In this document: piece after piece, positions 41,446 to 48,418 of the stretch
How positions within the stretch are numbered: the first letter of the stretch is position 1
How the letters are laid out: each line of letters opens with the position of its first letter
Assembly (NCBI GenBank): GCA_937901895.1
Contig: CALGTD010000042.1
Coordinates: 590-64,589, forward strand
Reading direction: 5' to 3'
Length of the DNA: 64,000 bases
Source: an uncultured Spartobacteria bacterium
GTDB taxonomy: Bacteria; Verrucomicrobiota; Verrucomicrobiia; Chthoniobacterales; JAATET01
The notes under the pieces: generated by a model
Told to the model about the DNA's origin: nothing
Databases searched by the model: none
Seen by the model: only the letters and a program-made list of their open reading frames with translations
Program-made: the position numbers and the translations under genes

Positions 41446-43176
41446 CTACTCTGCCGCGACGTCCGGTTTCCGTGCCACCTTGCCAGTGGCCTCGTCGATC
41501 TTGGCGGCGAGCGGCTTGTTCTCCGGATCGATGGCGGCGGCTTTCTGCCAGTAAAGGACGGCCTGCGCGGACCGGCCGAGCGCGTGATAGGCGTCGCCCA
41601 CGTGTTCGAGGACAACAGCGTCCGGCTCGGGAAGGGCGTTGAGCGCGCGAAGCAATTCGTCGACGGCGGCTTGGTAATCGCCCTTGCGGAACAGATACCA
41701 GCCGTAGCTGTCGATGAACGCACCGTTGTCCGGTTCCTTCGCGAGGGCTTGGCGGATCATCTCGCCGGCCGCCTCGAGATTCTCGTTTCGATCGACCCAG
41801 AAATACCCGAGTGCGTTCAGTGCATTGGCGTTGGTGGGATCGATCTGGATCGCCTTGCGCAGGAGTTCCTCGGCCTTTGTCATGCGGCCGGCGCTTTCGG
41901 CGGCGAAGGCATAATCGAGGAGATTGTAAACGGTCAGACGCTCGATGCGGCTGGAGGAGAACTGGACGAGGGCGCGTTCAAAAAGGGCGAGCGACTCCTC
42001 GCCGCGGCCGGCGAAGTGGAGAGCCTTCCCCGCGAGGTGCGTGAGGCCGGGGCTCTGCGGGAACATCCGGCGGGCTTCGGTGACCTGGCGGATCGCATCG
42101 TCGATGCGGCCCACTCGCATCAGGAGTTCAATATAGATCTGCTGACGGCCAAGGTTGGCGCTTTCGATGATGAGCGCCTGCTCGATATTTTTGATGGCCT
42201 TCTCGTCATCGCCCGCCTGGCTGTAGAGCCTCCAGAGTTCGTCGTAGGCGGCAAGGTTCAGCGGATTGGATGCGACGACGCGCTCGAGGACGGGGATGGC
42301 CTCCTCGACCCTGCCGAGCTCGATGAGGGTTCCTGCGAGCTTCTCATTGGCGTCGGGCAGGTTCGGCTTGAGATCGAGCGCCTTTTGGAAGAAATCCGCC
42401 GCCTTCTCGAAGTTCCGCGCGAAGATGTGGAAATCGGCGATTCGCGCGAGTGCCTCGGGATTGTCGCCGGCGGATTCCGCGGCGCGCTCGAGACATTTTG
42501 CGAGGCGGCTGGCGGCGCGCTCGTTGGTGAGCGGATCTCCGCCGGCGGAGTTCGTGAAGAATTCGGCCAGCTGGAGCCAGAATGAAGTGTCCGCCTTTTT
42601 GGTCTTCAGTGCGCGCTCCAGTGCGCGGGAGGCTCCCTCCTCGTCGCCCTGTGCCTGTGCGATTTCCCAGAGGGCTTCGTAGCCCGCAAACCGGGCCGGG
42701 TCGGCCTTGAGAGCAGCCTCCGCGTAGCGGGTGGCGAGATCAGGCTTGCGGAGGTGACGGAGGTAAATGGACGACAGCGCGAGCGCCGGCTCGGGATTGT
42801 CGGGGCGCGCCTTGATGGCGTCCTTGAGCACCCCGATCGCCTCGGCGGAATCGCCGGCGCGCAGGTAGTCGTAGGCGACGTCGATGGCCAGCGGAGTGTA
42901 TCCGGGATCAAGCGCGAGGACACGCCTGCGACTGGCAAGCGCCTGTTCGGGGCCGGCGCTCTCCTCTTCGAAGATGCCGGTGATGAAGCTGGCAATCGCC
43001 TCGGCCTTGCGTTCCCCCGTCGGATCGAGCTGGATCTCGACGGGCGAAAGCTGGCCTTCGTCGAGAAGAAAGTCGGTTTCCTGTGCGAGCGCACCGGGCG
43101 CACAAAGCGGCAGACAAAACAGCGCGAGCAGCCATCGCGTGGATGGCGTCGCGCTGTGATTGACCGCCAGCTTCAT
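41446..43176 (-). CDS. Secreted tetratricopeptide-repeat (TPR) protein
   Basis: Signal peptide (MKLAVNHSATPSTRWLLALFCLPLCAPGALAQE) followed by many TPR units (A..Y..AL..DP.N..AL..LG pattern). Confidence 0.8.
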   Translation of the reverse strand: MKLAVNHSATPSTRWLLALFCLPLCAPGALAQETDFLLDEGQLSPVEIQLDPTGERKAEAIASFITGIFEEESAGPEQALASRRRVLALDPGYTPLAIDVAYDYLRAGDSAEAIGVLKDAIKARPDNPEPALALSSIYLRHLRKPDLATRYAEAALKADPARFAGYEALWEIAQAQGDEEGASRALERALKTKKADTSFWLQLAEFFTNSAGGDPLTNERAASRLAKCLERAAESAGDNPEALARIADFHIFARNFEKAADFFQKALDLKPNLPDANEKLAGTLIELGRVEEAIPVLERVVASNPLNLAAYDELWRLYSQAGDDEKAIKNIEQALIIESANLGRQQIYIELLMRVGRIDDAIRQVTEARRMFPQSPGLTHLAGKALHFAGRGEESLALFERALVQFSSSRIERLTVYNLLDYAFAAESAGRMTKAEELLRKAIQIDPTNANALNALGYFWVDRNENLEAAGEMIRQALAKEPDNGAFIDSYGWYLFRKGDYQAAVDELLRALNALPEPDAVVLEHVGDAYHALGRSAQAVLYWQKAAAIDPENKPLAAKIDEATGKVARKPDVAAE

Positions 43177-43192
43177 GCGGTCACGATATGCC

Positions 43193-43297
43193 TTACGACT
43201 TGTAGCGCAACCGCTTCTTGTGGCGGTTGAGTTTCATGCGCTTGCGGCGCTTGTGTTTGGCAATCTTTGCCTTCCGTTTCTTTTTGAGCGAACCCAT
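43193..43297 (-). CDS. 34-aa highly basic protein resembling small ribosomal protein bS22 (AURKAIP1/COX24-like)
   Basis: Not in the ORF track because it is under 60 aa. Manual translation of the minus strand gives ATG...TAA = MGSLKKKRKAKIAKHKRRKRMKLNRHKKRLRYKS. It lies between hisG and the TPR gene on the same strand. Confidence 0.55.
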   Translation of the reverse strand: MGSLKKKRKAKIAKHKRRKRMKLNRHKKRLRYKS

Positions 43298-43307
43298 GCA
43301 GTTACAC

Positions 43308-44186
43308 CTAATATACGACCTTGTTCAGAGGGTATTCGATGATCCCCTCCGCCCCCAGCGACTTCAGTCTGGGGATGATTTCTCTGACAGTCTTCTCTTC
43401 GATGACCGTTTCGACCGCGACCCAGTTTTCCTGAGCCAGAGGCGAAACGGTAGGATTTCGCAGCGCAGGCAGGGCCTCAAGCAAATTCTTCAATTCATTC
43501 GAAGGAAGATTCATCTTCAGTCCGACGAGGCCCCGGGCGGCGAGGGCGCCCTTCAGGAGCAGGACGAGCGTGTCCATCTTCTCGCGCTTCCACGGATCCC
43601 GGGCGGCGGTGGTATTCGCGATGAAGGCGGGTGACGACTCCATCAGCGTCTCGACAATGCGCAGCTTGTTTGCGCGCAGGGAAGAGCCCGTTTCGGTAAT
43701 GTCGACGATGGCGTCGACAAGGTCGGGAACCTTGACCTCCGTGGCTCCCCAGGAAAATTCGACCTCCGCCGTGATGCCGCGGGACTCGAAGAACCGGCGC
43801 GTGAGGCCGACGGCCTCGGTTGCGATGCGCTTGCCGGCGAGATCCTCGACGGAACGAACAGGCGAGTCTTCCGGCACGACGAGCACCCACCGGGTGCGCT
43901 GCGCGCTGACCTTGCTGTAGGTGAGCTCGGCGAGTTCCTCGACCTTGGACTCGTTTTCGGCGATCCAATCCTGTCCGGTGATGCCGCAATCCAGAAAGCC
44001 CTGCTCGACATACCGGCTGATCTCCTGTGCGCGGAGGAGGCGGATGTTGAGTTCGGGATCGTCCACGGACGGGCGATACGAGCGGCGCGAGCCGGAAATG
44101 GCAAAGCCGGCCTTTGCGAACAGGTCGATGGTCGCGTCGAAAAGGCTCCCGGACGGAATGCCGATGGTGAGGACTTTATGGCTCAT
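43308..44186 (-). CDS. hisG: ATP phosphoribosyltransferase (long form)
   Basis: N-terminus LTIGIPSGSLFDATIDLFAKAGF. The core includes DCGITGQDW and DAIVDITETGSSLRAN. A C-terminal regulatory domain is present, giving 292 aa. Confidence 0.92.
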   Translation of the reverse strand: MSHKVLTIGIPSGSLFDATIDLFAKAGFAISGSRRSYRPSVDDPELNIRLLRAQEISRYVEQGFLDCGITGQDWIAENESKVEELAELTYSKVSAQRTRWVLVVPEDSPVRSVEDLAGKRIATEAVGLTRRFFESRGITAEVEFSWGATEVKVPDLVDAIVDITETGSSLRANKLRIVETLMESSPAFIANTTAARDPWKREKMDTLVLLLKGALAARGLVGLKMNLPSNELKNLLEALPALRNPTVSPLAQENWVAVETVIEEKTVREIIPRLKSLGAEGIIEYPLNKVVY

Positions 44187-44235
44187 TGCAGGGGCCGGGA
44201 GTCTAGCAGCGCGCCGCCCGACTGCAAGCGGCGAG

Positions 44236-44844
44236 CTATTTCCAGACGAGCGAGGGGATGACGCGCATCATGACCATCCCGTTCTCGCCTGGAGGCGCAT
44301 TGGGGTCGGCCCGTTCCTCGCGATACTCGATCGCGGGCAGCAACGCGCGTTCCGGAGAGTCCGCCGGAATGCCGGCGATCCGCTCTGCCAGCCGGAAGAC
44401 CCTGGAGGGCCATTCGCGGGCGACAAGCGCGGTTTCGGAAAGCTGGATGGTCGGCGGAGTGACGAGCGTGAGAATGAGAATGATCGCCCCGCCGATGATC
44501 GATCCCGTGAACAGCCCGGTGACGGCTCCCAGGAGCTGATCGAATGGGTTTGCCTGCACGCTGCGATAGGCCGGCGCCTTGATGGCAACGGCATATCCGG
44601 CGACTCCGAACGCGACGGCGTAGGCGCAGACGAACGCGATCGCCGCGCAGAGCCGGGCGTCCAGCCCGAACATTCCCGCGACGGCCTGATTTGCCGACTG
44701 CCAGAACCACATCGCCGTCAGCAATGCGAAAAGATGGGCCAGCAGGTGGCGAAATTCGAACGTCGCTCCGTAGGTCCATCCATGCCATGCGGCGAAAAGA
44801 ATCGGCACTCCGAGGCAGACAGGAATCAGGATATCCCAGGTCAT
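44236..44844 (-). CDS. CvpA-family (colicin V production-like) membrane protein
   Basis: 202 aa with four hydrophobic helices. The N-terminus (MTWDILIPVCLGVPILFAAWHGWTYG) is typical of CvpA-like proteins. It starts 2 nt after the ATPase stop. Confidence 0.55.
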   Translation of the reverse strand: MTWDILIPVCLGVPILFAAWHGWTYGATFEFRHLLAHLFALLTAMWFWQSANQAVAGMFGLDARLCAAIAFVCAYAVAFGVAGYAVAIKAPAYRSVQANPFDQLLGAVTGLFTGSIIGGAIILILTLVTPPTIQLSETALVAREWPSRVFRLAERIAGIPADSPERALLPAIEYREERADPNAPPGENGMVMMRVIPSLVWK

Positions 44845-44846
44845 GG

Positions 44847-46805
44847 CTAGATGGCTTGAAGAACCTCCTCCACGGTGGTGATTCCGAGCAGAGCCTTTTC
44901 GGCGCCGTCGTATCGATAGCTGCGATATCCCCGCGTGGCTGCGAGTTCCATGAGGCCGTTTTCGTCGATGCCGTCGCTCACGGCTTTGCGAATCTGGTCG
45001 TCAAGGACGAGGAGTTCAAAGATGCCCGTCCTCCCGCGAAAACCGGTGCCGTGGCATTTGTCGCAACCGACCGGGCCGTAGAGTGTGGCGCCGGAATCGA
45101 AGGCGATGCCGATCGAGGCGAGTTCGTTGCCCTGGGCGGGATACGGCGCGCGGCATTGCGCACACAGCACCCGCACCAGCCGCTGACCGAGGATCATGAG
45201 CAGCGCGGATCCCAGCTGGTAGCGCTCGATGCCCATGTCCTGCAGGCGGGAGATCGTGCCGATGGCATCCTTGGTGTGCAGAGAGCTGAAGACGAGATGT
45301 CCGGTGAGCGCGGCGCGAACAGCGACGGCACCCGCCTCGGCATCGCGCATCTCGCCCACAAGAATCACGTCGGGATCCTGTCGCAGGATGGAGCGCAACC
45401 CGGCTTCGTAAGTGACGCCGGCTTTCGTGTTCACGGCGATCTGCGTGGCTCCGTCGAGTTCGTATTCCGCCGGATCCTCGATCGTCATGATGTTCAGCTT
45501 CGATGCATCGAGCTGACGGAGCGCTGCATAGAGGGTGGAGGTCTTGCCGGAGCCGGTGGGGCCCGTCGCGAGGATCATGCCATTTCGCGAATGAATGACA
45601 TTCTGAAAGGTGGTGAGCATTTCCTCGGACATGCCGAGCGCGGGGAGGTCAAACACGCCGCTGCGATGGTCGAGCACGCGAATGACCATCTTTTCACCGT
45701 GGATGGAATTTGCCGTCGCCACCCGGAAGTCAACGTCGCGATCGTCGATGCGTGCCTGGAAGCGGCCGTCCTGCGCGCGCCGTTTCTCGGCGATGTCGAT
45801 CTCGGCAAGCGTCTTCAGCGAGAGAACGAGACGGCGGCCCTCGGCCTGTTCGTAGGTCGAACGTTCGTGAAGAATTCCGTCGAGGCGAAATCGCACGCGA
45901 TAGTGCGTGCCGGTGGGTTCGATGTGGATGTCGCTGGCCTTCTCGAGCAGCGCCTCTTCCAGCATCTCGCCGGCAAGCTCGAGGCCGGAGACGAGTTCGG
46001 AGTCGTTCTTGAGAGCGACGGAGCGGCGCTCGGTGTCGAGGAAGGTGAATCCCTTCCTCGCGCGACCCTTGCGGGCGAGATAGGCCGCCGGGTCGATCGT
46101 GACCGGTCCTTTCGACGGGGCTTCCGAGCCCGAGCCGCCGTTGGACTGAAGCTTCGCCGTTCCCGCCCCGCGGAGTGCCGATTTCCGCCGTGCCTGATGG
46201 ATTCGCAGCGCGACAAAATACATCGCCGCGCCGAGACCTGGCAGCAGCAGGGCCGTCATGGACCAAAAGCGCGGCTCCGCCCTTCGTTCGAGCAGGCTGC
46301 GTTGCACTGCGACCAGACTGCGCATCCAGATCGCGCTGCCGGCGAGCAGCGTGAGAAGAAAAACGGCAAACCGTCCGCTTCGAGGTGTGGCGGTGTTCGC
46401 CGTCGGATCCGTGTCGGTCCGGTTGTTACCCTGAGTCTGGACCCGTGAAGAGGGTGTCGTTCCCGCGGCGGATCGGGGATCGGTTGATGGAGGGGTCGCC
46501 GTCGGTGGTTCCGCAGCCGGCTGGAGGGCGGCGGCGAATTCGGCTGGAGGGCGGCCATCGATGCTCTTGATCGACGAGATCGGAAGTCGAACCATTCCAT
46601 CCTGAACGATCACGGAGATGCTCTCTCCGTTGGTCGTCACGATGCGGGCATCGGCCATTCGCCCGCCATCGTGGAACAGGATTTCCGCGGCTTCCGCCCG
46701 TGCGAGGATCGCGGCCGCGAGGATCGGCAGGAGCCGCAGAGGGGATGGAAATCGCCTTTTCATTGTGCGGCCTCGAGCGAGTTGGATTTTGGAGTCAATT
46801 GACAT
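44847..46805 (-). CDS. GspE/PilB-type secretion ATPase with an N-terminal extension of about 230 aa containing hydrophobic segments
   Basis: T2SSE core motifs are present: Walker A (GPTGSGKTST), the Asp box and Walker B region (DPDVILVGEMRD), the His box (GHLVFSSLHT) and the tetracysteine motif (CAQC...CDKCHGTGFRGR). The N-terminus has a signal-like segment (LRLLPILAAAILARAEA), a Pro/Thr-rich linker and two TM-like helices. Alternative starts are ATG 46763 and ATG 46658. Confidence 0.85.
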   Translation of the reverse strand: MSIDSKIQLARGRTMKRRFPSPLRLLPILAAAILARAEAAEILFHDGGRMADARIVTTNGESISVIVQDGMVRLPISSIKSIDGRPPAEFAAALQPAAEPPTATPPSTDPRSAAGTTPSSRVQTQGNNRTDTDPTANTATPRSGRFAVFLLTLLAGSAIWMRSLVAVQRSLLERRAEPRFWSMTALLLPGLGAAMYFVALRIHQARRKSALRGAGTAKLQSNGGSGSEAPSKGPVTIDPAAYLARKGRARKGFTFLDTERRSVALKNDSELVSGLELAGEMLEEALLEKASDIHIEPTGTHYRVRFRLDGILHERSTYEQAEGRRLVLSLKTLAEIDIAEKRRAQDGRFQARIDDRDVDFRVATANSIHGEKMVIRVLDHRSGVFDLPALGMSEEMLTTFQNVIHSRNGMILATGPTGSGKTSTLYAALRQLDASKLNIMTIEDPAEYELDGATQIAVNTKAGVTYEAGLRSILRQDPDVILVGEMRDAEAGAVAVRAALTGHLVFSSLHTKDAIGTISRLQDMGIERYQLGSALLMILGQRLVRVLCAQCRAPYPAQGNELASIGIAFDSGATLYGPVGCDKCHGTGFRGRTGIFELLVLDDQIRKAVSDGIDENGLMELAATRGYRSYRYDGAEKALLGITTVEEVLQAI

Positions 46806-46814
46806 CAGGCGACG

Positions 46815-47321
46815 TCATGCCGTCGGCGGCAGGGGCTTTCTGGGGCGTCGCTTTGCAATCAGGAATGTGATCGTATAGGCGATTACCGCGGCCGGCACAG
46901 CGAAGGCCATCGAACCAACGAGCAGAGGCAGACCGACATCGAGAAAAGTCGTCCACTGAAGCATCTCGCTGAGTTTGAGATGATGCATTTCGATCTTCGG
47001 AGGAAGACGGTGTGGATTGCTGAGAATCCAGTAGCCGATGTCGTATTCCAGCCGGAGCAGGAACGGCCAGAGCGGAGTGATGACGTCGTGCAGGCAGACG
47101 GAGATCACAGCCGCCAGTTTGCTGCAGCGTGCCAGCCATGCGGAGCCGAGGCAGAGCAGCGTCTTTACGCCGAACAGCGGGGTGAAGCCCCAGAACATCC
47201 CGATTGCAACGCCTCCGGCGATCGCATGGGGCGTGTCACGAAGCTCGAGAAGTTTGCGAAACAGTCCTCCGAAATAATTTGCCAGACGTCGCAGCGGGGA
47301 GGCGGGCGGCGAGGGGCTCAT
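46815..47321 (-). CDS. DUF2062-family membrane protein
   Basis: Start at ATG 47321 (MSPSPPASPLRRL). It carries the conserved segment TPHAIAGGVAIGMFWGFTPLFGVKTLLCLGSAWLAR and several TM helices. Its stop is 9 nt upstream of the ATPase ORF. Confidence 0.55.
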   Translation of the reverse strand: MSPSPPASPLRRLANYFGGLFRKLLELRDTPHAIAGGVAIGMFWGFTPLFGVKTLLCLGSAWLARCSKLAAVISVCLHDVITPLWPFLLRLEYDIGYWILSNPHRLPPKIEMHHLKLSEMLQWTTFLDVGLPLLVGSMAFAVPAAVIAYTITFLIAKRRPRKPLPPTA

Positions 47322-47410
47322 ATCGCGGCGAAGACAACCAGCAGGGCACGCGGTTTTCCAGCATTGAATTCCGGCTTGCCGGAGGTAGGCTTCGAAATTC
47401 CACGGATGGC

Positions 47411-48415
47411 ATGAGGACAGCGGGCGAGAACATCGAAATTTTCGACGAAGAGCCATCCGGCTTTGCGCGGTGGCTCGCGCCCGCGCTGATCATTTCGCTC
47501 CTGCTCCACGTGATTTTCTACATGTGGGCGCGCGGGTATCCGTTCGAGCCGTTCAGCGAGGATTATTACGACCAGTTTGTGCCGCGCACGTTCCGGCTGG
47601 ACCGCGTGGAAATTGACCCGCGCCTGCTCGAGCCGGAGGCTGCCGAGGAGGAGAAGAAGGCGGCAGCGCCGACGGCCGTCGAACTTCCCAAGGAGACCGT
47701 GAGCCTGGGGGCGGTGGAGGCGGAGGTGAAGTTCACGCCGGCCGCCCCGGAGATTGAAAACCCGATTCTCGTGGAGAAGCCATCCGTCGAGCAGACGAGT
47801 TTCCAGGATGTCGTGCAGAGCGCGGAGGTCAATGGTGCCCAGACGGTCGTGGAGGATCTCGATGCACTGCGCGAGGAACTGCTCCGGAACGATCCGGTGT
47901 CCTCCGGCAGACCGCTTCTCGATCTCGGGCCCACGGAAGCCGAGTCGGGTTCGCCTTCGGGAACCGCGACGGAATTGTCGGGAGGGAACACGAAGGGCTT
48001 CAGCAACCTCGACAGCCTCCTTGCCCAGACGGGCCCCCTCACGAACGAGACGGCTCCCATTCTCATGCCCGCGGACCTGTTGTTCGATTACGACAGCGCG
48101 GAAGTGCGGCCGTCCGCGATTCCGAGCCTGGAAAAACTTGGAATCATCGTTCGTCGGAATCCAAACGCGGACTTCACGATCGAAGGGCACACCGATTCGT
48201 TTGGCGGGGAGGAATACAACTTCAAGCTGAGCGAGACGCGGGCGGAGTCCGTCAAGGCATGGCTCGTGCAGAACATGAATATCGACCCTGCGCGCATCCG
48301 CACGAGAGGGTTTGGAATGACCCGTCTCATCGCTCCGGCTTCGGGCGGAATCGAGGAGCAGCAGATCAATCGTCGCGTCGAGATCGTGATTCACGCGAAG
48401 CCGGAAGGTCGTTGA
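47411..48415 (+). CDS. Membrane-anchored OmpA/MotB-like peptidoglycan-binding protein
   Basis: Start at ATG 47411. It has one N-terminal TM helix (WLAPALIISLLLHVIFYMW), an acidic/Pro-rich linker and a C-terminal OmpA_C domain (FDYDSAEVRP...TIEGHTDSFGGEEYNFKLSETRAESVKAWL...NRRVEIVI). Confidence 0.8.
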   Translation: MRTAGENIEIFDEEPSGFARWLAPALIISLLLHVIFYMWARGYPFEPFSEDYYDQFVPRTFRLDRVEIDPRLLEPEAAEEEKKAAAPTAVELPKETVSLGAVEAEVKFTPAAPEIENPILVEKPSVEQTSFQDVVQSAEVNGAQTVVEDLDALREELLRNDPVSSGRPLLDLGPTEAESGSPSGTATELSGGNTKGFSNLDSLLAQTGPLTNETAPILMPADLLFDYDSAEVRPSAIPSLEKLGIIVRRNPNADFTIEGHTDSFGGEEYNFKLSETRAESVKAWLVQNMNIDPARIRTRGFGMTRLIAPASGGIEEQQINRRVEIVIHAKPEGR

Positions 48416-48418
48416 CCG

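Noticed and set aside
44847-46805. Interpreting the GspE-like ATPase as evidence for a type II secretion or type IV pilus locus.
   Set aside because: No GspF/PilC, pilin, prepilin peptidase, secretin or assembly-platform genes lie within 20 kb on either side. It is therefore reported as an orphan ATPase operon rather than a T2SS or T4P locus.
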